64,000 nt of DNA from Felis catus. Its lineage: Eukaryota. A model generated the notes under the pieces. That model ran no database searches and had not been told where the DNA came from. It saw only the letters and a program-made list of their open reading frames with translations. Positions 13,025 to 24,520 of the stretch are shown piece after piece (position 1 is the stretch's first letter; each line of letters opens with the position of its first letter). A program made the translations under genes and the position numbers. The DNA lies in contig NC_058368.1 of the NCBI RefSeq assembly GCF_018350175.1, forward strand, positions 7,874,001-7,938,000. Reading direction: 5' to 3'.

Positions 13025-13276
13025 TTTTTGTTTTTTTCTTTTTTCTTTTTTTAAATATTTTTTTTTAATGTTTATTTATTTTTGAGAGCGGGACAGACAG
13101 ACAAGAGTGCTAGCGGGAGAGGGGCAGAGAGAGAGGGAGACGCAGAGTCTGAAACAGGCTCCAGGCCTGGCCTGAGCACAGAGCCTGACCCCGGGCTCCA
13201 ACTCAGGAATAGCATAGCGAGATCGCGACCTGAGCCGAAGCTGGACGCTTAACCCACTGAGCCACCCAGGCACCCC
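13025..13276 (-). mobile_element. Can-SINE
   Basis: Full head, body and long T tail; aggtag on both flanks. Confidence 0.9.
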
Positions 13277-13896
13277 GAAGGTAGATTTTTTTTAATGGCA
13301 GAGACATTAATATTTGTTGAATCTGAGTACTTAGTGTTTATTGTGGTTATTTCCTGTACTGTACTGAAGTGAAAAGTTGAAAAACAGAATAGAAAGTGAT
13401 AAGGGACTGGAGACCTAATTGAGGGGTACTTAAAGAGGAAGGAGGGTTTATTTTTAGCTGCAGGAACTAGTGAGTTGCTTTTAGAAATTCGGAGAAGAGC
13501 GAGAATAAGTGTTGAAGGGTCTTGAAAAAGAAAAAAAAACCCAGTGGATTCGGTGGCAAATCAAAATGACCACTGTAGGTTCATGGGGAAGAAGGGAGAC
13601 CAGTCTGCCTAGGATGGAGGATGTTTTGGGGGGATCTTTTAGATTTAGATTTCTTGAGAGAAAACATGAAACACATTAAAATACTGCGTAAGCTAGGCCA
13701 GTGTTACATCTGTTCAATGGGGATAAAATGGCTCTGTTGTTCTCACGTCCTGTGCTCTGAATGGTCAAAAACAGGTGTTTCCCCTTTCCTTCCACCTTTC
13801 GCAGGTGCACAATTCGGGCTATGTCTGTAAAATGTCCTTCTGTACGAGTTTGGGGCAAGAGGGGCAGTGAAGAAAGACCTTTAAAACTCATGTCCT

Positions 13897-14125
13897 GGGG
13901 CGCCTGGGTGGCGCAGTCGGTTAAGCGTCCGACTTCGGCCAGGTCACGATCTCGCGGTCCGGGAGTTCGAGCCCCGCGTCGGGCTCTGGGCTGATGGCTC
14001 AGAGCCTGGAGCCTGTTTCCGATTCTGTGTCTCCCTCTCTCTCTGCCCCTCCCCTGTTCATGCTCTGTCTCTCTCTGTCCCAAAAATAAATTAAAAAAAA
14101 AAACGTTGAAAAAAAATTTTTTTTT
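13897..14125 (+). mobile_element. Young feline SINEC_Fc
   Basis: ggggcgcctgggtggcgcagtcggttaagcgtccgact; CpGs intact; perfect TSD aaactcatgtcct at 13884-13896 and 14126-14138. Confidence 0.95.
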
Positions 14126-14435
14126 AAACTCATGTCCTTAAAATTCGTTAAGAACAGTATGCATGGTGGTGAAGAAACCGGCTTGCCAGAACAAGATTCT
14201 GACATCCCACTCCGTGCAATGAATGAATTGGATTCGCTCATTCGTGAAATATTTACCAAATGCCTGTTCTATGGCAGGCACTCCCCTAGAGGAATCAACA
14301 GAACAACTCTAACCATGACAGACCAATCTTTCTGTTCCTACAGAGCTTCCATTCTAGCAGGAAGAAGACAAAGTACGTGTAGAACGTTAAGAGGTAACAA
14401 TGGCTATGGAAACAGAGTAGAGTAAAGGACATGGG

Positions 14436-14630
14436 TAGGGTTGCCAGATTTTGCGCACAAAAATACAGAACACGGAGCTGGATTTGAATTTCAGGTAAAC
14501 CACGGGTCGTTTCTTTCTTAGCGTTAAGTGGGTCTCAAGTATCACATGGGACATGTTCGTCTTAAAAAGTTATGTGTGTGAAATTCAAATTTAATTGGTT
14601 ATCCTGTGTTTGTCTAATCTTGCAACTCTG
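14436..14630. mobile_element. MER53 palindromic hAT element
   Basis: TIRs tagggttgccaga / tcttgcaactctg; internal inverted arms tttgaatttca / tgaaattcaaa; 8-bp TSD gacatggg / gatgtggg. Confidence 0.85.
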
Positions 14631-15076
14631 GATGTGGGGAATGTGGTGGTGCTAGAATTTCAGATCGGACGATCTGGGTAGTAGGTCTTATGGAGAAGGT
14701 GGTATTCGAGCAAGGAGCCAGCCATGTGGATATGGGAAGGAGAAGAATTCCAGGTCAGAGAATGTGCCAGGCATATCTGAGGAATGGCGAGGAGGCCAAC
14801 GTGACTGGAGTAAGAGTAAGGGCCAATGGGACTAAGTAGGAAGTGAAGTCAGGTAATGGGGAAGGGGGTAGTGCTTTGTAGAGCATTGTAAGACCATGTT
14901 GGTGCTTACATGGAAAAGAGAAGAAAGGTTGTGAGGAGAATAACCTGGTACAATTAAAAAGGATCACTTTGGTTACTAGTTAGGAAGCTCTCGTGATATT
15001 TCAAGTGAAAGATGATGGGGTTTGGACGCGGGCGCTAGAGGTGGCACGAAGTGACTGGATTCTGAATATATTTAAC

Positions 15077-15293
15077 TTATTATTATTTTTTAAAATGTTT
15101 ATCTTTTCAGAGAAAGAGTGCAAGCGGGGCAGGGACGGTGGCGGGGAGGGGCTGTGCGACGCAGAATCCGAAGCAGGCTCCAGGCTCTGAGCTGTCAGCA
15201 CAGAGCCCGCACGGGGCTCGAACTCACAGACTGTGAGATCATGACCTGAGCTGAAGTCGGACGCTCAACCGACTGAGCCACTGAGGCGTCCCT
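15077..15293 (-). mobile_element. Can-SINE inserted in the tail of the neighbouring SINE
   Basis: Complete element abutting the SINE at 15294-15496. Confidence 0.85.
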
Positions 15294-15496
15294 TTTTTAA
15301 TTCTTTAAGTTTATTTATTTATTTTTAGAGACAGGGTCAGCAGGGGAGAAGCAGAGAGAAGGGGACAGAGAATCCCAAGCAGGCTCCATCCTGTCAGCGC
15401 AGAGCTGAACACGGGGCTCGATGTCACAAATCGAAATCAACACCTGAGCCGAAATCAAGAGTGGGACACTTAACCGACTGAGCCACCCACGTGCCT
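15294..15496 (-). mobile_element. Can-SINE (older host copy)
   Basis: Head ..gagccacccacgtgcct; gattctgaa direct repeats at 15058 and 15497 flank both SINEs. Confidence 0.85.
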
Positions 15497-15744
15497 GATT
15501 CTGAAAATGTTTTAAAGACTGAGCCAAAAGGATGTCCCAGTTATTGGATATGGAGTGAAAAAAGAAGTCAGAGTCACTGTTCCGATTTTGACCCTCTGCT
15601 GGGCAGGACGGAGGGTTCTATTAAATTGGAAGAGAGCGTTCTAGAAAAGGGTGTGTTTGGAGGGTGGGCAAGAAGGACACAGGAGCGAGGAAAGACGATT
15701 GGGAGTTTGGTCTGACCTGTTCAGTTTAAGATGTTTACTACGAA

Positions 15745-16313
15745 TTTGTTGTGGCTACTGGCTGTTTTTAATGAGTGACTCCAGACTTAATGGCCTAACA
15801 CAACAACCGTTTTGTTATTCTCAGGAATTCTGTGGGTCAGGAATTTGGACAGGGCACAGCTGGGATGGCTTATCTCTCTCTATTCCATTATGTTTGGGGC
15901 CTCTGCTGGGAAAATTTCAGTGGTTGGGGGCTGAAATCATTCCGATCTGACACCCAGACTGAATGACTTAAAGGCTGGGCTCAGCTGGTGACTGTCCGTG
16001 GAAGCACCTGCACGTGGGCCCACCGTGTGGCTCAGGCTTCTCCAGTCACGGCCGCTGGGCCTCTAGCGGGAGCTTTTGGAGAATGAGTGCACCAGGAGCC
16101 TCGGGTGGAAAGGGCGTGATCTTTTCTGACTTGGCCTCGGGGCCGTGCAGTGTCACTTCTGCCACATTCTGTTGATCGCAAGTGAGTCACAAAGGCTTGT
16201 CTGATTGTAGGGGAGAAGAATTCGATGGGGAAGTGGCAAGAGCATGTTGCCAAAGGTCATGTGAGATGGGAGATTGTGGTCGCCACTATTTTTGGAAAAT
16301 ACGGTCTGCCGCA
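15745..16313 (-). mobile_element. MLT1 (ERVL-MaLR) solo LTR, F/G/H-like
   Basis: ttctgtgggtcaggaatttggacagggcacagctggg...cacttctgccacattctgttg...ggaaaatacggtctgccgca. Confidence 0.7.
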
Positions 16314-18574
16314 GCCTAAGAGATGCTCAATTTAATATTGGCATACAAGTGAGTTTGGAGAGATCTGCTCTGTATGTGTAGTTTGCACGTCATTATACAG
16401 ATGTCATTTAAAGCCCTGAACTTGGTTGAGATCATGAAGAGGGTTAGTATAACCGGAGAGGAAAAGAGGTCCAAGGACAGAACCCTGGGGTAATTGGAAC
16501 AGTCAGTGCTCAAAGGTCAAAGAAGAGAGAAGAGTAGTTAAGAGGGATGGAAATGACCAGTGAAATAGGAAGAAAAATGTTTGATGTCCTGGAATCAAAG
16601 TAAAAAAGGTATTTTCAAGAATAAGGGTCAAATTGATGAGTCAGCAAAGATTGAGACTGAAAATTGGCTGTTGCATTTAGCAACTTGCAGGTCACTCGTC
16701 ACTGGTAACCTTATCAAAAGCGGTTTCAGTGAGTGACACTGAAAGCCCAGGTTTGAGTGGGTTTCAGAGTACTTGAGGGGGTGAACTCGGAAATGGAGAC
16801 CAACTACATCAAGGAATTTTGCTGTAAAGAATAAAGAAATGGGGCGGTGGCTGAAGAGGCAAGTAGGGATGAAAGGTTTTGTTTGTTTTTGTAACATGGG
16901 AGGGGTAATAGCATGTTTGTGTGATCTGATGGGAGAGGGACACATTGATGGGGGGTGAGGGAGCAGTGAATTGCTGGAGTTGTGTCCTTGAGTACAGGAA
17001 GGAATCCAGGCGTGCCAGGACAGGTTTTGGATTGACCATCCAGAAAGGAAGGCAGAGCATGTGACTACAGGTGCAGGCCGGTGGTAGATGTGATGGTGAG
17101 ATTTTGAAGTGCTCTTTGGGTTACTTCATTCAGTCTTCCCATTGATGCGGGTATAACTAATAGTACCAATCACATTGGATTGCTTTGGAAATTGAGTTCT
17201 ATTCCTCAAAGCACTTAGACTAGTTGCTGGCACATGAAGTTAATATATTTTCGTCTGAGAGGAAGCCCATACTCTCTTAAATCGGTCATCTGTGAAAACT
17301 GTGGCATTAAGTGTTTTTTCTCCTTTTAATAATCTTGTATCGAAGAATAGTACGCACATACACACAAGCTTGCAAATAAGTTCATAGTTCCATGAATTAT
17401 CACAAAGTGAACACACTTGTGTACCACACCCAGCTCAAGGAACAGGGTATTTGTGGCCTCTGGTTGTTTTGGTTTTGTGTTTTTCTCCCTTAAAATATCC
17501 TTCGTTGAGAAAATAGAAGGTTAGTCATCCCTGCGTTGGAACCCAGGATATTTTTGTAAAATTTCCTGGCCTGTGAATGAAACCCAGAAGTCTGGTAGTA
17601 TGTTTAACACTGAGGAGTCCGATAAACCTTACTGGGAGATCCTTCTGCTGGAGAAAAGGGAAAAAAAACAATTCCCAAATGTCCTGTAAGTTTCCAGAGT
17701 CATGAGAAAATTTCTGAACCAATTCCTCGAGCATTCTTCAAATCATGTGCTTAAATGAGTGCCTTTACTCTTATGTTATGAAAACTGATACTATTTTTAC
17801 AGGATTTCTGATTCACGAAGATGAAATGCCATGTGCCCTCTTCGGTTAACCACAAATTTACCGGGGGGAGTCGTTTTTTCTTTTTCTTTTTCTTGCCTTT
17901 GTCCCCCAAAAAAGTAGACCTGTTTTCCCACATATGTCTCCAATCTAGTTTCTGCATGATGTTTTCAGGAAGGTGATGGTATGACCACTTACGAGGACAA
18001 TTTGTTGGTCACTTACTCCATGTCTGTTGGTGATGATTGTGTCGACGACGTAATTCACAGAAAACAGTATGTGGCTAGTGTACTTTTCTTAGGGAAGCTC
18101 TCGTGTCTCAGGCTTCTGCCTAATCATTCTGTATGGTTTCCTGCGTACGACCTCTAATATACACACAGACGCGCGCGCACACACATCCTGTAATTATGGT
18201 AATCGTTTCTTAGCTGAAAATTAGTGTTGGGGATCTGCAGCCAGTGCTTGTACTCGGTCTGTACATTTCACTTCTAATTGTATTCATTTTAGTGTTTTGT
18301 TTTCTGGGCGATGTGCCTGGTTTGTGGTTTTGATTTACTGTTTACAGTACCCTGATGGTTTAGAGCAGCATCTTGTGGTACTGAGAGAAAACCCCTCTCT
18401 TCAGAGGGCTTGCTGGATTTTCCTTGTGCTGTGTTTCACTACTGGTATTTAAGGAGATCCCCCAGGACACCGGCCCTCCACCCCCAAGGAAAAACCTGTG
18501 ACCCCCCCCCCCCACCTTTTTTTCTCACGTATAAGCAAATTGGAGAAAACAGGTAGATGTTTTCAGAAGTTAAT

Positions 18575-18605
18575 TTTATTATATGAAGATAGCATACAAA
18601 ATACA
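18575..18605 (-). terminator. FLT1: FLT1 full-length mRNA polyadenylation signal
   Basis: TTTATT on + at 18575-18580 (AATAAA on -), with upstream TGTA elements (taca at 18595 and 18602 on +). Confidence 0.8.
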
Positions 18606-18713
18606 TTCATGGTGACTAGAGATGTAGGACCAAATTAAGTCTTACTTATATCTGCAGCATATATTCTTGTTTGTATAAAAGTAACTTTAAAATTCCAGTT
18701 TCCTTAAATAGTC

Positions 18714-18747
18714 ACGCACAACACACACACACGTATATACACATACA
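18714..18747. repeat. Degenerate (CA)n/(TG)n tract in FLT1 3'UTR
   Basis: cacgcacaacacacacacacgtatatacacataca. Confidence 0.7.
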
Positions 18748-21455
18748 GTTACTACCACTGTCAGTCCAAGTTGCGCTCCTTTTGCAATGAAAAGGGACTG
18801 GCAAGTATCTGTTCGTGTTTGACATTCTTTACGGGCTGGGAAACCAGGCACAGCTAGAAGACCTACATAACACTTTTTTCAGGGTTTGGACAAATTTGTT
18901 TCACGAGCTAAAACCAAGGTCTGAGCATCGCTTCTTAGACTTAACTAGATACAGACTTCCATATGGTTTCAGTCCCGTTCCACCCACACTGTTACACATA
19001 CATGCTCTCACAAATCCTGAAAGGATTGTGCCAACTATGTTTGTCATCAATGCCAAATGGTTCTAATAATACCATGGGTTAATGAGTGTTTCAGTTTTTA
19101 GTGTTTAACATCCAGTGCTGGTTAAAGAACCAGTCTGTGGCAAGCACGTTGCAACTGGGTGGACTCATGACTGCAAGCTTCCATTTTCCTTTCTGTGTTA
19201 ACACTCTAGATGGAACCATCTTGACCAATGGACTCACGTAGGCTCTGAACCCGAGTCTTTGAAGCAGCTGAATTAACATAAATTCTGAAGTTTTTTTTTT
19301 TTTTTCTTTTGGAAAGATGATCTTACTAGGGTCTTTGAACAATTAAGAATTAATTAGGTTATCAAAATTAAGATACTGTACGTATAGTTAAGGTTTTTGT
19401 TTTCACTCATTGCTGGATCCTTATCGGATATGGAAAATCGGCAAAGCTGATTGAGGTCTTCTTTTCTTTTCCCTGTTGAACCTCCTTCTGGTTACCTGAT
19501 TGATACGATCACCGACTGTCACAGGTGCTTTTTGTGCCCATGAAGACGAGGAAGAACAAAGCTCTTCCCCTCTTCTGGCCCTGGCCTGATTTTGTCTGGA
19601 CTGGGGTCCTGGTGGAGAGGCCTGCCTCACTTCTCTGCTGGCCAGACGCTTCTCCAGCAGGACCCCCACTGGAGCACCTGCTTCCTTCCTTTTGGGCTGT
19701 GCTGACTGTCCCGTCTCTTTAGACTAAGAACCTTGACACAGGAATGTGACACACAGGGAAGGAAGTAAAGATTCTCCTATTATATTTCAGGTTCTAGAGT
19801 TAAGTTACTTGCCTAAAGGGAAGCACACTCGTCTCTACCAGAAGCAGCAATTCACTGTTAACCTGTCCAGCTTTGACTGGCTTTAGAAGGTACATACGTC
19901 CTAAATACACAGCATCAGAGCCTGCTGAGAGTTCCAGGGTCTTTAAACCCTGAAGAGTAGGCACCCTTTTGTACCCTGTCTCCCTATTTCCATCATTCTC
20001 AGACCCAAGGCAAGGGCCAAAGCAGATGAAGAGAGGCTTTTCTCCTACTGATGGCTCAATAACTAATATCCTGAGTCCCAATTCTAAAAGTATCTTGCAT
20101 AAATTACATATCACCTTTTTTCTCCAGGAGCATAAAGTGCTTAATAAACATTGGTTAATACTCTTCCACATCTTTCCAGTAGACCAGCATGAGATTGTAG
20201 AATCCCCATGAAAAAGGAAACCTGATTGGCTTCCTCTCCTTTGGGCCCCAACTGTTCCCGCGAGTTGGTTTGGGTGGTAAAGAGATGGGGTTTTTACTGT
20301 GCTCATCCCGCTTTCGCTCCACCTATCCTGGTTTTGGTACAGAGGAAACCCTCCGCAGGACTCTTTGTTTTCATCCTCCTCAGCTTCCGTTTATAACTAA
20401 CTGGACAAAACAGGTTAGTGTAAAAAAAAAAAAAAAGTGTCTTGATTATATATTAATACTCAAAATAGAATCTGACAACATTTTTTAAAATGTGGCTTAA
20501 AGCCCCACAGGTAACCCTAACAGACCAAACCCGTTCCAGTGAGCTTACTCTGAGCAATCTAAGCGCAAGGCCATGGTGCCCGTGGAGCCAGCCGAGCTCA
20601 GGGTGAGTTTTCAGTGTATATTGCTAGAGGGGCCTGCAGTCCGGGCTCAGATCTGAGCACCACGCTCCGTGCTAGAAATTTTAAAATGTGCCATATGTGG
20701 GAATGGGCATAGATCCAGTCCCATAGCTAACGTTTTAAAATTTGTAGTTGCCAAAAAAAATATTGCTTGTCCTTTACTTGCCTGCTGGAATCCAGAAAGT
20801 GTCCCCTCGTGTCTCTGTCCTGTCTGCTCCCCAAGGTGGGTTCTCAGTGTGGACCGGGTTTGGTCCGGGTCCGGAAGCCATTGCAGTGTCATGGGGGACA
20901 GCCCTCACCTACTCCCTCCCCATACAGGACGGCGCCAATTCTCTCCAGTGCTTTTGTCCTCCTTGCTCGCTTCTTCCTTTCTCCCTTCTCCTCCTCCTTC
21001 CCCGGAAGTTGCATCTGCTAGAGGACCCCAGAGACACTGCGCGGGCCGGCTTACGGCTCCTTGCCTCCCGGTTCCAGGGTGCTGGTGGCTGGCCCCGTGG
21101 AGTCCATGCTGCCTCGCATGATCGGTGCATCTCCTGAATCACTGAACGCCCTGCGGTCTCGGGGGCAGGAGCAGGTAAGTCATTGGGCTTGGAAGTAAGG
21201 GTCTCTCTAACACACTGAATTAACGTGAGGCTTTACCAGTGGTGTTCTTTACTTATCACTATTACTCTATCTGGGGTTACATTCTTGTTAGTCAAAAAGA
21301 AAAAGAAGCACTTATTAAAAAAAATCACAAAAGGCAGCTTGCTCCTGTGGAAAGGTAAAGGTGTACACGTATGTATGTGTCCTACTGGCAAAAGCTAGTT
21401 TTCGGGGGGTATAAATACTCGTGTGGTTCTAGAAATAAGGCTACGTGTCGAACTT

Positions 21456-21657
21456 CTAGACAGGCGGGGTGGAATATAGGACCACCGAGTTGTAGTCTGG
21501 GGGAGGAGAACAGGACGAAATCTTCGTCTCCAGCTCGGAGTTGTCGTATGTGAACCTGCGCCTGCCTTTGCTGGTGTAGCCACACCTGGGATGGCAGACA
21601 GTAGGCCGCGTGAGGTCAGAAAGCCCCGACTCCTTACTTTTACTGGTTACTCTCAAG
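21456..21657 (-). CDS. FLT1: FLT1 exon 30 coding part (C-tail)
   Basis: tttag|C TTG AGA...; 202 nt; LRVTSKSKESGLSDLTRPTVCHPRCGYTSKGRRRFTYDNSELETKISSCSPPPDYNSVVLYSTPPV-stop; tyrosines equivalent to human Y1309/Y1327/Y1333. Confidence 0.97.
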
Positions 21658-21991
21658 CTAAAGAAAGGAAAGAAAAGAAAACAAACGCACAAAATTGACT
21701 TCTTGGAAACAAACACTGATGTCTGTCCGCGCTCTCCCGTCGGGTCATTTGCTCGTGGCTGTTCTACAGCTGGTGGTTATTGAGCCCCATCCCCACCTCC
21801 GGGCAGATGCCCTCTGTCCTAAAGCTGCACGCTGCCCCTCTACTCCCAGCTCGGTGGCACTCGGCAGAATGACGTCTTCCACTGGCCGGGGGGCGGCAGA
21901 CCGTGTGACCAGACGCCGCAAATCCGTCATCTCGGGTGGAAAATCCCCCCAGGACACACGTGGCCCTCCCCTGTCCTTAGACCAGTTAGCC

Positions 21992-22469
21992 ACCATGGTG
22001 GGCTGAAAAATGCTCCCGCCTCCAGAATCCCTGGAACCTGTGAATGGCACTTGAGATGGCAAAGGACTGAATGTTCTCTTCCAGGGTGAGAGAGGTGGTG
22101 GGGCTGAGGATCTGCGGAAGAGGAACTTAGCCTGCATTATCCAGGCGGACCCTGAGCACAACCACATGTGTCCTTGTAAGAGAGGATGATGGAGATGCAC
22201 AGCCACACGCAGAAGGCGGCGGCGGGGGGGGGGGGGGGACTGAAGGTGGAGCAGAGACACGTGGCCACGAGCCACGAAATGCCCAGAGACACCAGGAGCT
22301 GGGAAAAGTGAGGAATGGATTCTCCCTCAGCCTTCCAGAGGGATCGTGGCTCTGCCAGTACCTTGATTTGGGGCTTCTGGCCTCCAGAACTACAAGAGAG
22401 TACGTTTCTCTCGCTTTAAGCCACCAAGTTTGTGATCGCGTGTTACAACAGCATCAAGAAATGAATAGA
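21992..22469 (+). mobile_element. MLT1C-like MaLR solo LTR in FLT1 intron 29
   Basis: atccctggaacctgtgaat...cttctggcctccagaact...tttaagccaccaagtttgtg..tgttacaacagc..gaaatgaata. Confidence 0.75.
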
Positions 22470-22639
22470 GCTTCATACAAAAAGGTTAGTGCGGTTGTCT
22501 CCCCATCATGTTTGTGTTCTAGAAAGCTTTTAAGTTACGGGACTCTATGTCACTAGCAAGGCTCAAAGGAGAAACTTGCTTCTGGTTCTGTATTTTGCAT
22601 CCAGCATAAGATAGATAAACAAGAAAAGCTTCTCTTGTC

Positions 22640-22830
22640 CATTCGTGTTTGTTTGTTGAGAGAGGATGCAAGTAAACCTGCAGGGGAGAGAGGGTGGGGG
22701 CAGAGAGAGGAGCAGGGGCTCATCGAGGCAGGACTCGAGTTCACCCGAAGCGGGACTCAAACTTACGAACCATAAGATCATGACCTGAGCCAAAGTCAGA
22801 TGCTTAACCCACTGAGCCACCGGGGAGCCC
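22640..22830 (-). mobile_element. Can-SINE
   Basis: gatcatgacctgagccaaagtcagatgcttaacccactgagccacc. Confidence 0.85.
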
Positions 22831-22920
22831 TCACGTTTGTTTCTTAATAGCTGGGATGAGAATGAGGAAACCTGACGCGCCACCACAGTTAGGTTGGTTC
22901 TGGACTAACACGTCCAGCAT

Positions 22921-23084
22921 TTTCTTTTTAAATTTTTTTTTCATTTTGAGAGAGACAGAGAGACAGAAGCCCAAGCAGGCTCCGTGCTGTCCAATTCAGG
23001 GTTTGAACTCACAAACCATGAGATCATGCCCTGAGCCGAAACCCAGAGCTGGATGCTGAAGCGACTGAGCCACCCAGGCTCCCC
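22921..23084 (-). mobile_element. Can-SINE
   Basis: cccaagcaggctcc..gactgagccacccaggctcccc; taacacg / caacacg flanks. Confidence 0.85.
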
Positions 23085-23383
23085 AACACGGATTATCTAC
23101 ATTTTTAATCTCTGGAGGGTGCAATAGTTTTCCTTCACAAAGACCTAGGTAAGTGTTCCAAAGTAGGAAACAAAAGGTTGTGGTCTCCTGCTTCCTTTCC
23201 TCCTGTGTATACTTATTCTTTGTGAGGGTCCCCTAATCCGTTACCCTCTGAGGGGACTCCACTCTGGGATCATCATTGTGCTTATGTTAAAAGGAAACTA
23301 TGCAGATGTTTGCCTGGCCATGTTCCTACCCTTTGGATTTATATCAGTCAGAGAGGCATTTGGAGCGATCTTTTGACTTAGAT

Positions 23384-24520
23384 CAAGATCAGCAAACTAC
23401 AGCCTGTGGGCTGGTCACCTGCATGCTTTGTTTTGTTTTTAAGCAGCTTTATTGAGATACAGTTCACTGTTTAAAGTGTCCAGCTGAGGGGCGCCTGGGT
23501 TGCTCAGTCGGTTATGCGTCTAACTTCATCTCAGGTCAAGACCTCATGGTTCGTGAGTTCGAGCCCTGTGTCGGGCTCTGTGCCGACAGCTCAGAGCCTG
23601 GAGCCTGCTTCCAATTCTGTGTCTCCCTCTCTCTCCCCCTCCCCTCTTGCACTCTGTCTCTCAAAAATAAACATTAAAAAAAATAAAGGGTCCAGCCGAA
23701 TGGTTTTTAGTATATTCATAGATGGTGCGACCATCAACACAATTGATTTCAGGCCATTGTCATCCCCCAAAACCCATACCCATTAGTATAGCCAGTTGCC
23801 CTTCTCCCACACTTCCCACCCCCAGCCCTAGACAACCACTGGTCTACTTTCTTTCCACAGATCTGCCTGCGCCCGGCGTTTCATGTGAATGGAAGCCTAC
23901 GGCATGTGGTCGGCGGTGACTGGCTTCGTTCACTTAACAACGTTTTCAAGGTTTGTCCACGTTGTAGCATGTACCAGTACCTCGTACTTTTTTATTGGCA
24001 AATACTTGATCGTATGAGTCTACTGCATTTTATCCAGCAACTGAAGGACATTTGGCTTGCTTTTATGAACTATGCTGCTACGAATATTTGCGTACAAGTT
24101 TTTGCGTGAACGTTAAGTTTTCCTTCTGTTGGGTGGGTGTGTACCTAAGGAGGGCAACTGCTGAGTCACAGAGTAACTCTAACCTTTTTGATTAAGAACG
24201 GCCAGACCGGTTCCCCAAGTGGCCAGACCGTTTTACATCCCCACCAGCAACGCACAAGACTTTCATCACCTCCAACTTTTTGGTTCTAGCCATCCTAGTG
24301 GGGGGTGAAGCTGATTTGCATTTTCCTGATGACCCGTGACCTTAAGCATCTTTTCTTGTGCTCATTGGCCACGGCTACCTGTTTTTGTAAATACAGGTGA
24401 TTGGAACACAGCCACAACTCCTTGTTTATACGTTGTTGATGGCTGCTCTTACACTGCAGTGGCAGGGTTGGGTAGCTGTTTTGTGTGTGGCTCCTGAAGA
24501 AAAGACGGTCAGGTTCTCGA
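23384..24520. mobile_element. Nested cluster: MER58A-like element split by an L1M fragment (about 23430-24365) that itself contains a SINE
   Basis: 5' part gatcagcaaactacagcctgtggg at about 23387; 3' part cctgtttttgtaaata..ttggaacacagccac at about 24378; antisense L1 3'-end text (cagctttattgagatacagttcac..) between them. Confidence 0.65.
23488..23684 (+). mobile_element. Can-SINE
   Basis: TSD aaagtgtccagctga (23473-23487) / aaagggtccagccga (23685-23699). Confidence 0.92.

Larger units (their letters stand above)
14200..17130 (-). mobile_element. L2 LINE fragments interrupted by MER53, two SINEs and an MLT1 LTR; limits approximate
   Basis: L2-like purine-rich text (aagtgaaagatgatggggtttggac..gattctgaa..gagccaaaaggat; atttagcaac..ggtcactcgtcact). 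Confidence 0.6.
18557..21455 (-). other. FLT1: FLT1 3'UTR (about 2.9 kb; end approximate)
   Basis: No recognisable transposon between the stop codon and the poly(A) signal; resembles my recollection of the human FLT1 3'UTR, including a TG-rich tract near the end. Confidence 0.8.

Noticed and set aside
13676..14083. Recurring ORFs such as MGQRETEHE..GRGRERGRHRIGNRLQA and MAQSVKRPTSAQV (also 54309, 29239, 60259)
   Set aside because: Translations of Can-SINE sequence, not a gene family
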